Below, piece after piece: positions 25,312-34,868 of a DNA stretch of 64,000 nucleotides. Made by a program: the position numbers and the translations under genes. Each line of letters opens with the position of its first letter. Within the stretch, counting starts at the first letter, position 1. The DNA comes from Rhodospirillales bacterium (GTDB lineage: Bacteria; Pseudomonadota; Alphaproteobacteria; Kiloniellales; JACOMY01), in NCBI GenBank assembly GCA_014324045.1, contig JACOMY010000015.1:2336-66335 (forward strand). The letters run 5' to 3'. A model generated the notes under the pieces. The model saw only the letters and a program-made list of their open reading frames with translations. It made no database searches and had not been told where the DNA came from.

Positions 25312-25395
25312 ATGCGGAGTGGCGGTATCAGATTCCTGGGCCTGGTCTTGCTGCTGGCGAGCTGCGGTCTGGTCGGTCTGCAATCCTGCACCTAG
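25312..25395 (+). CDS. Candidate 27-aa micro-lipoprotein
   Basis: Hand translation: MRSGGIRFLGLVLLLASCGLVGLQSCT*. It has a lipobox LLASC and lies below the ORF-track length cut-off. Confidence 0.25.
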   Translation: MRSGGIRFLGLVLLLASCGLVGLQSCT

Positions 25396-25443
25396 CCCCT
25401 CCCACGGCAGTCTTCCAGTGCTGGGCGGCAGCATAGAGGCGCG

Positions 25444-26379
25444 ATGACGCAGACAGCGGGGCGCAACCTGCGCGCACGCGGCTTCTGGCCTGGGGCGCTT
25501 ACCTTTCTCTTTGCCCTCTCTTCGCTGATACACCTGGTCGGCGGCGACATCATCGGCTTCGGACTGGGGATCGGCCTCACTGCGCTTCTCGGCGCCGGCA
25601 CCTGGTCGCTGCGCCGCGGCCTCGACTACCGGCGCGGCGAAGGCGGCTTTCCCGGCCGCACCCTGGGGGCCGGCCTCATTGCCTTGGCCACCGGCGGCAT
25701 GGCAGCGACGCTAGCCGGCCATGGCTTGATTGAGAGCAGCATCCTGGCGCTGGCCGCCGGGGCCGGCACCATCATGGCCTACGGCAGCGAATTGCTGGAA
25801 CCCAAACCGCGCCCCAAAACCCCGGCCACGCCCGACCGCAGCCAGGCCGGCGAGGCCCAGCGCCTGATCGCCGAAGCCAAGGCCAAGCGCGACCGGCTGA
25901 TCGGGGCGCGCCATCGGCTGCGCTCGACGACCGGCGGGCCGCTGCGCGATCAGGTCGGGCGGATGGCCGCTGCGGCCGACACGATGCTCGATGCCGTGGG
26001 CCAGGACCGCAAGGAGCTGCGCGGCACCCGCAAGGCGCTGGCCGGCTACATCCTGGGCCAACGCATCGACCGCGTGGTGGCGCTGACGGACCGTATCCTG
26101 GACCGCATCCGCGAGGATCCTCGCGACCTGCGCCGCGCGCGCAAGTTCATGAAGGTTTACCTGGACGGCGCCGTGCAGGTGGCCGAGCGCCTGGTGCGCC
26201 TGCAGAGCAACGACGAGGCTGCCGCCGCCCAGATAGCGCCGCGCATGGTGGCCCTGCTGGCGGCCATGGAGCGGGCCGCCGAAGAACTGCACCAAAAGCT
26301 GCTGGCCAAGGATACCCTGGACCTCGACGTGCAGATGGAGGTGCTGGAACAGCGCATCCAGCGCGAGGGCCTCTGCTAA
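25444..26379 (+). CDS. XpaC-like (5-bromo-4-chloroindolyl phosphate hydrolysis family) membrane protein
   Basis: N-terminal TM helices, then a helical region (RKALAGYILGQRIDRVVALTDRILDRIREDPRDLRRARKFMKVYLDGAVQV). It lies directly upstream of telA, a pairing I recall from other bacteria. Confidence 0.55.
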   Translation: MTQTAGRNLRARGFWPGALTFLFALSSLIHLVGGDIIGFGLGIGLTALLGAGTWSLRRGLDYRRGEGGFPGRTLGAGLIALATGGMAATLAGHGLIESSILALAAGAGTIMAYGSELLEPKPRPKTPATPDRSQAGEAQRLIAEAKAKRDRLIGARHRLRSTTGGPLRDQVGRMAAAADTMLDAVGQDRKELRGTRKALAGYILGQRIDRVVALTDRILDRIREDPRDLRRARKFMKVYLDGAVQVAERLVRLQSNDEAAAAQIAPRMVALLAAMERAAEELHQKLLAKDTLDLDVQMEVLEQRIQREGLC

Positions 26380-26406
26380 AACCGACCCGATAGAGAGAGC
26401 GATGCC

Positions 26407-27564
26407 ATGAGCGAAGGCACCGAACGGCAGACCGGGACCCGAAAGGCCGTCATCCCGCCACCGGGCGATCTGTCGGCCCTGGAGATTAAGGAAAGCGCCG
26501 TGGTGCCGCTGACCGAGGCGCCGCCCGAGCGCCGCCAGCGCATCCGCCAGCTGATGTGCGCTATCGACCTCAACGACAGCGGTTCCATCCTGTTCTTCGG
26601 CGCCAAGGCGCAGGAGCAGGTGACCGAAGTCTCCGACAGCATGCTGGACGGCGTGCGCAACAAGGACACCGGCCCCGCCGGCGGCGCACTGAACGACATG
26701 CTGGCGACGATCCGCGGCTTCGACGTCTCCGACATCGATCCCAATGACAAGCCTGGCTTCTTCGGCCGCCTGTTGGGCAAGGCGAAGCCGGCGGCCAAGC
26801 TGATTCAGCGCTACGAGACGGTGAAGGGGCAGATCGACGACATCGCCGACCGCCTGGACCGCCACACCACCGAGTTGCTGACCGACATCGCCACCTTAGA
26901 CAGGCTCTACGAGGCGACCCTCGCCTACTTCCACGATCTGGCCGACTACATCGCCGCCGGAGAGACACGGCTGGCAGAACTGGACAGTACCGAACTGCCG
27001 GCCAGGGAGCAGCAGGCAAAGGACGGCGAGCTGCTGGCCGCCCAAGCCCTGCGCGACCTGCGCCAGGCCCGGGACGAGCTGGAGCGCCGGGTGCACGACC
27101 TCAAGCTCACCCGCCAGGTGGCCATGCAGGCACTGCCCTCCATCCGCCTGGTGCAGGAGAACGACAAAAGCCTGACCGCCAGGATTCGCTCCACCGTCAC
27201 CAACACGGTGCCGCTGTGGCGTCAGCAGCTGGCGATCGCCGTAACCCTGGCGCGCGCGGCCGAGGCCGGCGGCACGCTCAAGGAAGCGAGCGATCTTACC
27301 AACCAGCTCCTGACGGCCAATGCCGAGTCTTTGCGCAGCTCCAACCGGGGCATCCGCACCCAGGTCGAGCGCGGCGTCTTCGACATCGAGGCGGTGGAGC
27401 AGGCCAATGCCAATCTGACGGCCACCATCGAGGACTCCCTGCGCATCGCCGACGAGGGCAAGGCCAAGCGGGCCGATGCCGAAGCGCGCCTCGCCGCCTG
27501 CGAGTCCGATCTGAAGCAGGCTTTGGCGGCGGCCAAGGCCCGCGCCGCGGGCATCGAGACCTAG
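26407..27564 (+). CDS. telA: Toxic anion resistance protein (TelA family)
   Basis: ILFFGAKAQEQVTEVSDSMLDGVRNKDTGPAGGALNDMLATIRGFD...KLIQRYETVKGQIDDI...LDRLYEATLAYF is the typical TelA profile. Confidence 0.8.
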   Translation: MSEGTERQTGTRKAVIPPPGDLSALEIKESAVVPLTEAPPERRQRIRQLMCAIDLNDSGSILFFGAKAQEQVTEVSDSMLDGVRNKDTGPAGGALNDMLATIRGFDVSDIDPNDKPGFFGRLLGKAKPAAKLIQRYETVKGQIDDIADRLDRHTTELLTDIATLDRLYEATLAYFHDLADYIAAGETRLAELDSTELPAREQQAKDGELLAAQALRDLRQARDELERRVHDLKLTRQVAMQALPSIRLVQENDKSLTARIRSTVTNTVPLWRQQLAIAVTLARAAEAGGTLKEASDLTNQLLTANAESLRSSNRGIRTQVERGVFDIEAVEQANANLTATIEDSLRIADEGKAKRADAEARLAACESDLKQALAAAKARAAGIET

Positions 27565-27730
27565 AGGCAGGCTCAAGACTTGGAGGCAGACCATGAGCGG
27601 CCCCGGCAAGCCCCCCGCGGCAGCACCTTCGAGAACATGCCGGCCGGCAGCGGCGCGGTCGTCGATGTCACCCGCAGCTACGGCCTTTATCGAGGGCCTT
27701 TATCGAGACAGGCTGAAAGTGGCGGGGCGC

Positions 27731-29044
27731 TCAAGCGGCCGCCGCAAGGCCCTTGGGCAGAGGGCCGCCGGTGGCCCAGTCGAGGAAGGCGACGCTGTGC
27801 AAGACCGGTAGCGCCGTCCCCGCCGCGATCTGCGTCATGCAGCCGATGTTTCCGGTCGCGACTGCATGCGCACCGGTAGCCTCAATGTTCGCAATTTTGC
27901 GATCGCGCAAGCGGCCGGCAATCTGCGGCTGCATCAGGTTGTAAGTGCCGGCGGATCCGCAGCAGAGATGGCCCTCGGCCACTTCGCGGAGGCTGAATCC
28001 CGCTTGGCGCAACAGGGCCTTAGGCGGATCTTTCACCTGTTGGCCATGCTGCAGCGAACAGGCGGCATGATAGGCCAGCACCAGCCCGCCGCGCCCCGGC
28101 AGAGGCGGTTGCAAGCCGATCTCGCTCATAACCTCGCTGACATCCTTGGCCAGGCCCGCGACCCGCGCCGCACGATCCGCCCATTCCGGATCGCTGCGCA
28201 GCATGAAACCGTAATCCTTAACCGTGGTACCGCAGCCCGAGGCATTGATTACCACGGCATCCAAGCCACCGGCCTCCAGCTCCCGCGTCCAGGCGACAAG
28301 GTTGCGTTTCGCCGCAGCCAAGGCCGGAACCTCGTCGCCCATGTGGTGGGCCAGGGCCCCGCAGCAGCCCATGCCCCTCGCCACCACCACCTCGACGCCG
28401 TGGCGGGTCAAGAGCCGGATCGTGGCCTCATTGATTTCCGGGGCCAGGACCTGCTGGGCGCAGCCGGTCATCAGCGCCATGCGATAGCGGCGCGGCCCCT
28501 CGGCCGGAAAGACCTGCGGCCGATCTACCGGAGAGGGCGCAAGAATGGACTTGGGCGCCAGGGCCAGCATAGCCCGCGCGCGCGCCTGCAAGAAGCCTGC
28601 CGGCACCAGGCCGGCCAAGGGCTTTGCCAAAGCTGCCCCGGCAAGCGCCAGGCGGAAGCGTGCGGGATGGGGCAAGAGCCAGATCAAGAGCCGACGCAGC
28701 CAGCGGTCGGCAAAGGGCCGCCGATAGGTTGCGTGGATGTGTTTTCGCGCATGATCGACCAGATGCATGTAGTGAACGCCCGAGGGGCAGGTGGACATGC
28801 AAGAGAGGCAAGAGAGACAGCGATCGATATGCTTGGTCACGCGTTCGCTGGCCGGCCGGCCGTTCTCCAGCATGTCCTTGATCAGGTAGATGCGCCCGCG
28901 CGGGCTATCCAACTCGTCGCCCAGCAGCACATAGGTCGGACAGGTTGCGGTGCAGAAGCCGCAATGCACGCAGCTGCGCAGGATCTTCTCCGATTCCTGC
29001 GTATCGGGATCGGCCAACTGCGCCAGCGTGAAGTTCGTCTGCAT
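27731..29044 (-). CDS. glcF: Glycolate oxidase iron-sulfur subunit
   Basis: CVHCGFCTATCPTY and CLSCLSCMSTCPSGV 4Fe-4S motifs, two CCG domains, and the glcD/E context. Confidence 0.9.
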   Translation of the reverse strand: MQTNFTLAQLADPDTQESEKILRSCVHCGFCTATCPTYVLLGDELDSPRGRIYLIKDMLENGRPASERVTKHIDRCLSCLSCMSTCPSGVHYMHLVDHARKHIHATYRRPFADRWLRRLLIWLLPHPARFRLALAGAALAKPLAGLVPAGFLQARARAMLALAPKSILAPSPVDRPQVFPAEGPRRYRMALMTGCAQQVLAPEINEATIRLLTRHGVEVVVARGMGCCGALAHHMGDEVPALAAAKRNLVAWTRELEAGGLDAVVINASGCGTTVKDYGFMLRSDPEWADRAARVAGLAKDVSEVMSEIGLQPPLPGRGGLVLAYHAACSLQHGQQVKDPPKALLRQAGFSLREVAEGHLCCGSAGTYNLMQPQIAGRLRDRKIANIEATGAHAVATGNIGCMTQIAAGTALPVLHSVAFLDWATGGPLPKGLAAAA

Positions 29045-29124
29045 CGCGTCGGGTCCTCCGGGCCTTGGCTGGCAGCTATGAGGAGCAATGCAGCGCTTTC
29101 CAGCAAGCCTCCTCCTAGGTTAGC

Positions 29125-30186
29125 TTACCCCAGCCGGTCACGCAGGGCCTCGTAGACGAGGCCCATCGGTTGTCTACGCAGCGACCGCAGGGCTTGACCG
29201 CTGCTGTCGCGGCTTTGCACTTCTTTGGCTAAGCCCTCGAACTTTTGACGATAGGCCGTCACCATATCGGCCGCGCCCGACTCCTGCAAGGCGAGGGCCG
29301 TTCGATTGCGCGAGCTGCGCCGCAGATGCTCCCAAAGCACCGCAAAGAAGGCATCCTTCTGTCCGCCGTTGTAGGCAGACAGCGCGGATGCGTGATCCTT
29401 CTCGCTGCGCAGACAGAACACCAAATCGTTGGCCAAGGCGTTCAGATCTCGCTTGGTCGCATCGACCAATGCCTCCATCTGACCGAGAACCGGAGCGCCC
29501 GAACCGGCTGCCGCCTGTGCCTTTGGCGGTGCCGGCCGTGGAGTCTTCGCCATGGAGAGCGCAGGCTCCTTGGCCGGGCCAGGTGCCGACTTCGGCGCCT
29601 CTGCCGCAACCTTCGGAGCTTGAGCCGCCGGCTTCGCAGCCGGGGCGGGGGCTGGCTTGGGCGCAGGCTCCTTGGCCGGGCCAGGGGCCGGCTTCGGCGT
29701 CTCGGCCGCAACCTCTGGAGCTTGAGCCGCCGGCTTCGTAGCCGGTGCCGGAGCGGGGGCCGCCGCTTCTGCACCTTCGCTGTGCTCCTGTACGGGCGTG
29801 GTCACCCTCTCCAACGACTTCATGACCTTGCGCACATCGTCCGGTCTTGGAGTAGGGGTCGTAGAGGCCGCCGACGGCATGGGTTTGGACTGCTGGCTGC
29901 CAGCCATCCGACTTCCCTCGAAGGCAGATGGCGGTGCCACACGTACGACCAAGGCCCTTAGCGCACGCACCTCCCGACGCAGCGCCCGCAGCTTCAGGCC
30001 GTTGCCGATCCAGGTCGTCAAGATCCAAAGCAGGCAGAGCGGGGCGGAGAGTCCGGCAAGGATCATCGCCTGTTCGAAGGGCGAGAAGGCCATCAGATTC
30101 TGCAGCCCGGCATAGCGATCCAGAAAATAGGCTGAGGCGGCGAGCCAGGCGACGGAAAGCAGCAAGGCGATAAAGCCGGAAATCAT
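29125..30186 (-). CDS. Hypothetical membrane protein with Pro/Ala/Lys-rich repeat region, inserted between glcE and glcF
   Basis: ORF track 353 aa. Two N-terminal TM helices, two 34-aa repeats (KPAAQAP.VAAE.PK.APGPAKEPA), and a unique C-terminal domain. Confidence 0.6.
   Translation of the reverse strand: MISGFIALLLSVAWLAASAYFLDRYAGLQNLMAFSPFEQAMILAGLSAPLCLLWILTTWIGNGLKLRALRREVRALRALVVRVAPPSAFEGSRMAGSQQSKPMPSAASTTPTPRPDDVRKVMKSLERVTTPVQEHSEGAEAAAPAPAPATKPAAQAPEVAAETPKPAPGPAKEPAPKPAPAPAAKPAAQAPKVAAEAPKSAPGPAKEPALSMAKTPRPAPPKAQAAAGSGAPVLGQMEALVDATKRDLNALANDLVFCLRSEKDHASALSAYNGGQKDAFFAVLWEHLRRSSRNRTALALQESGAADMVTAYRQKFEGLAKEVQSRDSSGQALRSLRRQPMGLVYEALRDRLG
29559..29762. repeat. 102-bp tandem repeat, 2 units (coding)
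   Basis: gcgcaggctccttggccgggccagg... restarts at 29559 and 29661. This is in-frame (34 codons per unit). Confidence 0.7.
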
Positions 30187-30444
30187 CGTTGTTTTCTCTC
30201 TTCCCGCGGTTGCGAGACCTCGGCCGGCCTTGCCCGGTCCGGACCGATCCCCTCGAATTGGCGTGTTCTTAGAAAACTTGTAGCGCAGCGTCTGCCGTCA
30301 TTCCAAGCTTTCGCATGGTCTTCATGCCGCACAAGACGGCCGTGCGCACCTCGGTGGATTCCTCCAAACTGCCCCCTTCGCTTTTTAGCACAGTGTTCTT
30401 GAGCCGAAAACGACGCCACTCCCTGCACACTGGCACCCGATCGC

Positions 30445-31671
30445 CTATAAGCCGGAATAAAGACGCCCTGGATTGAGAACCCGTTTTGGGTCGAACGACT
30501 GCTTTATCCGTTCGGCCAAGAGCGTAGTTGCCGGCAACCGCGGTAGGAAGAAAGGCTGAGCGGCGCGCACGGCCGCATCGGCCTTCACCAGAGTGGCGTG
30601 GATGCCGAGCGCCGCCAACAAGGCTTCGCCCCCAGGGATCTCAGGCAGCTGTTGCGGCCGTGCCAACCAGAGCAGCCCCCCGCCCCAATCGAGAAAGGCA
30701 TCGGCGGGCGCCGGCGCCAGGGCTGCCAAGGCCTCAACTGCCTTGGCCGGCGGCAGGGACAGGCGCCAGATCGCGCAATCGCTGCGGCCGACGAAGGGGT
30801 GGCAGTCGCGGATCTCCCGCCAGAACTGCAGCGAGCGCTGCGCATGCAGCTCGCCGCCCAGCGCCGCCAGGTCGCCCAGCAACCGCCTCAGACCCGCTTG
30901 ACGCGCCATCACCGAAGGGGTCGGTCCCTCCAGTCTGACGGCTGTCACCGAGCCTCCTGCCTCGCGTATCGGATCGACCCGGCTTACAGCGGCAAGCGGC
31001 TCCGGCAGATGGGCAGCGGCCGAGACCTCGTAGGCGGAGCCCATGGCCCGGGTGAAGAGGGCCGTCGCCGTCGAAGCCTCCAGGCCGAAGAACAGCAAGG
31101 TCCGGGTCTTCTCCGCCCGCGGCAGCACCTTCAAGGTGATCCACGTCATCGCCGCCAAGGTCCCGAACGAGCCGCTGAGCAGTTTGCAGAGATCATAGCC
31201 GGTGACGTTCTTCACCACCCGGCCACCGGTCTTGAAGCGCGCACCCTCGCCGCTGACGCCCTCGACGCCCAGCACGTGATCCCGCGCCGCCCCGGCTTTC
31301 GGCCGCCTCGGTCCGGCCAGATTGCAGGCGACGACGCCACCGATCGAGTCCGTGCGCCGCTCCGCCATCGCCCCCGACAGCAGCGGCGCCAGGTCCATCG
31401 GCTCGAAGGCCAGCAGCTGCTTTTGGGTATCCAGCAGCGTCTCGATCTCAGCCATCGGCGTGGCCGCGCCGACGGACAGGACCAACTCCTCCGGTTCGTA
31501 AAAGCGAACCCCGGAGAAGGCCTCCAGCTGGACCGAACCCTCCACCTGCAGCGGACGCCCGTAGTCCCGCTTGCTAGCGCGACCGATCACCTCCAGCGGG
31601 CGTTCCTCCTTGCTGGCCTCTTCCAGCAGCGCGGAGAGTTCGGACTCGTCCTGTGGCTGGGCTGGCTGCAT
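30445..31671 (-). CDS. glcE: Glycolate oxidase FAD-binding subunit
   Basis: FAD_binding_4-like N-terminus (VIGRASKRDYGRPL...), KNVTGYDL motif, position between glcD and glcF. Confidence 0.85.
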   Translation of the reverse strand: MQPAQPQDESELSALLEEASKEERPLEVIGRASKRDYGRPLQVEGSVQLEAFSGVRFYEPEELVLSVGAATPMAEIETLLDTQKQLLAFEPMDLAPLLSGAMAERRTDSIGGVVACNLAGPRRPKAGAARDHVLGVEGVSGEGARFKTGGRVVKNVTGYDLCKLLSGSFGTLAAMTWITLKVLPRAEKTRTLLFFGLEASTATALFTRAMGSAYEVSAAAHLPEPLAAVSRVDPIREAGGSVTAVRLEGPTPSVMARQAGLRRLLGDLAALGGELHAQRSLQFWREIRDCHPFVGRSDCAIWRLSLPPAKAVEALAALAPAPADAFLDWGGGLLWLARPQQLPEIPGGEALLAALGIHATLVKADAAVRAAQPFFLPRLPATTLLAERIKQSFDPKRVLNPGRLYSGL

Positions 31672-31686
31672 GGCGTGCGTGGTCTC

Positions 31687-33180
31687 CTAGAAGCGAGGCA
31701 AATCCGGAAAGCGCAGTTGGCCGCGATGCACATGCATACGCCCTAGCTCCGCACAGCGATGCAGTTCCGGGAAGACCTTGCCCGGATTGAGCAATCCGTC
31801 GGGATCGAAGGCACACTTCACCTTCTGCTGCACCGCCAGGTCGGTCGCGTTGAACATCTGCCCCATCAGATCGCGCTTCTCCACGCCGACGCCGTGCTCG
31901 CCGGTCAGCACGCCACCGACCTCGACGCAGAGCGTCAGGATGTCGGCGCCGAAGGCCTCGGCCCGCTCCAGTTCGCCTTCGCGATTGGCATCGTAGAGGA
32001 TCAAGGGATGCAGGTTGCCGTCGCCGGCATGGAAAACGTTGGCGACCTCCAGCCGGTGCTTGGCGCTCATCTCGCGCATGCGCTCTAACACCAGCGGCAG
32101 CGCCTTGCGCGGGATGGTGCCATCCATGCAGTAGTAATCGGGGCTGATGCGTCCCACCGCGGGAAAGGCCGCCTTGCGGCCGGCCCAAAAGCTCTGGCGT
32201 TCGCTCTCATCGGCAGAGATACGGGAGTAGCTAGCCCCCTTCTCTTCGGCGATATCCCCGACCTCACCCACCAGGTGCTCCACTTCGGCCTCGGGCCCGT
32301 CCAATTCCACGATCAGTAAGGCTTCGACATCTAGGGGATAGCCAGCCTTGACGAAGGCCTCGGCAGCGTGGATCGCCGGGCGGTCCATCATCTCCATGCC
32401 GCCGGGGACGATGCCGGCGGCGATAATCGCGCCGACGCAATCGCCGGCTTGTTCGCTGGCGGGAAAGCCCAGCAGCAGGGCCTTGGCGGTGCTGGGCTTG
32501 GGCAAGATGCGGACCGTGACCTCGGTCACGACGCCCAGCAAGCCCTCCGAGCCGGTCATGACGCCCAACAGGTCATAGCCCGGCGCGTCCATCGCCTTGC
32601 CGCCGATCCGCAAGACCGTGCCGTCCATCAGCACGACCTCCAGGCCCAGGATGTTGTTCGTGGTCAACCCGTACTTCAGGCAATGCACACCGCCCGAGTT
32701 CTCGGCCACATTACCGCCGATGGTACAGGCTATCTGACTGGAGGGATCGGGGGCGTAGTAGAAACCCTCGGCCTGTACCGCATTGGTGATGCCCAGATTG
32801 GTCACCCCCGGCTGCACCACGACGCAGCGATTGTCATAGTCGATCTCCAGCACGCGATTGAACTTGCCGAGCCCCAAGACAATGCCGTCGGCCAGCGGCA
32901 AAGCCCCGCCGGACAGCGAGGTGCCGGCCCCGCGCGGCACCACCTTCACACCTTCCCGCTTGCAGTAGGTCAAGATCTGGGATACCTGCTGCGTCGTTTC
33001 CGGCAAAACCACCAGCAGCGGCAGTTGTCTATAGGCGGTCAGACCGTCGGTCTCGTAGACCTTCAACTCGTCGGCCTGATCGATCACCCCCTCGCCGGGC
33101 ACAATGCTGCGCAAGGCCTCGGCCAAGGCACCGCGCCGGGCCACGATGGATCCGTCAGGCTTCGGCATGACAAGGCTCAT
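31687..33180 (-). CDS. glcD: Glycolate oxidase subunit GlcD (FAD-linked oxidase)
   Basis: VVPRGAGTSLSGGALP, GGNVAENSGG, HAGDGNLHP, GEHGVG motifs. Start chosen at MSLVMPKP. Confidence 0.9.
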   Translation of the reverse strand: MSLVMPKPDGSIVARRGALAEALRSIVPGEGVIDQADELKVYETDGLTAYRQLPLLVVLPETTQQVSQILTYCKREGVKVVPRGAGTSLSGGALPLADGIVLGLGKFNRVLEIDYDNRCVVVQPGVTNLGITNAVQAEGFYYAPDPSSQIACTIGGNVAENSGGVHCLKYGLTTNNILGLEVVLMDGTVLRIGGKAMDAPGYDLLGVMTGSEGLLGVVTEVTVRILPKPSTAKALLLGFPASEQAGDCVGAIIAAGIVPGGMEMMDRPAIHAAEAFVKAGYPLDVEALLIVELDGPEAEVEHLVGEVGDIAEEKGASYSRISADESERQSFWAGRKAAFPAVGRISPDYYCMDGTIPRKALPLVLERMREMSAKHRLEVANVFHAGDGNLHPLILYDANREGELERAEAFGADILTLCVEVGGVLTGEHGVGVEKRDLMGQMFNATDLAVQQKVKCAFDPDGLLNPGKVFPELHRCAELGRMHVHRGQLRFPDLPRF

Positions 33181-33476
33181 GACAGGGCTCCCTATCCGCA
33201 CTCTTTGGTTTCAAGTTCTCAGCAAACTGGCAGCCCGGAGGCCGCGAGACAAGCCGCACGGCGTCCCGGCAAGAGCCCGCAAGAGATGGAGTACGGGGTT
33301 CGATGCGCGCAAGTATTCTGGTCGCGCATAGAAGACGCTTTGTTCCCCTAAGGCGTCACTACGACCGGGATCTACTGCCGGACCGGCTGTCCCAGCGCCT
33401 CGCTGCAGCGCCGCAACGCGGTCTTCTTGGCGACGGCTGCTGCCGCTGAGCAAGCCGGTCTCTGCGCCGGCCGCAG

Positions 33477-34094
33477 CTAAGCCGGTTCCTTTCGATAGCA
33501 GAGCATGAGATTGTTGGCCGGCATGCCCAGCCGTTCGACCGCCACCAAGCCGGCAGCCTCCGCTAGGGAGTCGATGGCGTCTGCCTGACGTAAGCCCCAA
33601 GCCGGATCCTGTTGCCGCAAACTGCGATCGAAGGCCAGGTTCGAGGGCGCTGTCTCCTTATTCCGCTCGAAAAAGGGACCGTAGAGGAAAAGGCAGGCTT
33701 CATTCTGCAGGGCCGCAGCCACCCCTGCAATCAGTCCTTGCGTGACCGTCCAAGGCGAAATGTGGGTCACGTTGGCGGCAAAGGCGGCGGCAGGCGGCTC
33801 GGACAGGTCGTGCCACCAGCCTTCTCCGACCAAATCGATCGGCAAGGGCGTCAACAGGTTCGCCAGCCCGGCGTCCGAGCGCCGGGCACGGATTGAGGCC
33901 AGTGCCCGTGGGTCGCAATCGCTGGGCAGCCAGCGCAGTGCCGGAAAGCGCTCGGCGAAAGCCACCGCGTGTTGTCCCGCCCCGCTGGCCAGTTCCAGCA
34001 CCAGGCCCCGGCCCGGTAAGCGCGGCGCCAGCGCCGCAGCGATAGGCAGCAGATTGCGTTCCGCCGCCGGGAAGGTGAGGCGATCGTCGGTCAC
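33477..34094 (-). CDS. DUF938-family class I SAM-dependent methyltransferase
   Basis: FPAAERNLLPI...VLELASGAGQH...LRWLPSD...ANVTHISPW...LYGPF is the DUF938 profile. Confidence 0.7.
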   Translation of the reverse strand: MTDDRLTFPAAERNLLPIAAALAPRLPGRGLVLELASGAGQHAVAFAERFPALRWLPSDCDPRALASIRARRSDAGLANLLTPLPIDLVGEGWWHDLSEPPAAAFAANVTHISPWTVTQGLIAGVAAALQNEACLFLYGPFFERNKETAPSNLAFDRSLRQQDPAWGLRQADAIDSLAEAAGLVAVERLGMPANNLMLCYRKEPA

Positions 34095-34326
34095 GCTCGT
34101 CTGCTATAGATGGAGATGGGGCCCAGCAGATGGAACCGGGCACTGCGATTGCCAGCCTTGCGCTCGAACAAGGCGCTTCCCCGCGTGTTGGCGGCGATTT
34201 CGGTTGACCGCTTGCCGGCAAGATTCCAGAATGACATCCGAAGGATTATGCTTCCAAACGTGAAAGAGAGCAACCGGAACCGAAGGGCGTTCCGGCGGGG
34301 CGTTCTGCGGAGAGGTACATTTGCGC

Positions 34327-34692
34327 ATGGCCACCTATTACACCGAAGATCACGAGTGGATCCACGTCGAGGACGGCAAGGCAAGGGTCGGAATCACCGC
34401 CCATGCGGCAGAGCAGTTGGGCGAGGTGGTCTACGTCGAGCTGAAGGAAGCCGGAGAGCGCTTCGCCAAAGGCGACGAACTGGGCGTGATCGAGAGCGTC
34501 AAGGCCGCCAGCGAAGTCTATGCGCCGGTCAGCGGCGAGATTGTAGAAGCAAATTCCGCCGTCGTGGACAGGCCGAACTTGCTGAACGATACGCCAGAGG
34601 GGGACGCCTGGCTATACAAGATCTCCCTTGCCGATAGCAGCGAGCTTGCGGCACTGATGGATCTGGACAGCTACAAGGCCTCCCTCGCCTAG
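34327..34692 (+). CDS. gcvH: Glycine cleavage system protein H
   Basis: MATYYTEDHEWIHVEDGKARVGITAHAAEQLGEVVYVELK...VIESVKAASEVYAPVSGEIVE contains the lipoyl-lysine motif ESVKA. Confidence 0.92.
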   Translation: MATYYTEDHEWIHVEDGKARVGITAHAAEQLGEVVYVELKEAGERFAKGDELGVIESVKAASEVYAPVSGEIVEANSAVVDRPNLLNDTPEGDAWLYKISLADSSELAALMDLDSYKASLA

Positions 34693-34868
34693 CGGATTTT
34701 GCTGGCGAAGGCTCTGTGTTCGGCAGCATGGCTCGCTATATCGGCATTAGATATGCAGACCGCTGTCGTTCCGCCTAGAGCTGTCGGGTCCGGTTCTCCA
34801 AGCCCGGCAGGCTTTGGGCCGTTCGGTAGCTGGGCCGGTTCTAGTGCCGGCTGACCGGGGAGGAACGC

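Noticed and set aside
34095-34326. Expected glycine riboswitch upstream of gcvH. There is an ACCGAAGGG-containing hairpin (ccggaaccgaagggcgttccgg, ~34274-34295) and GGAGA-like boxes.
   Set aside because: I could not fit the full aptamer consensus (GGAGAG, P2 hairpin, C(A/G)CCGAAGG(G/A)GCAA, CUCAGGC...AAGGAC). The resemblance is limited to one short core-like string. A covariance-model scan (Rfam RF00504) would be needed; a significant hit would overturn this rejection.
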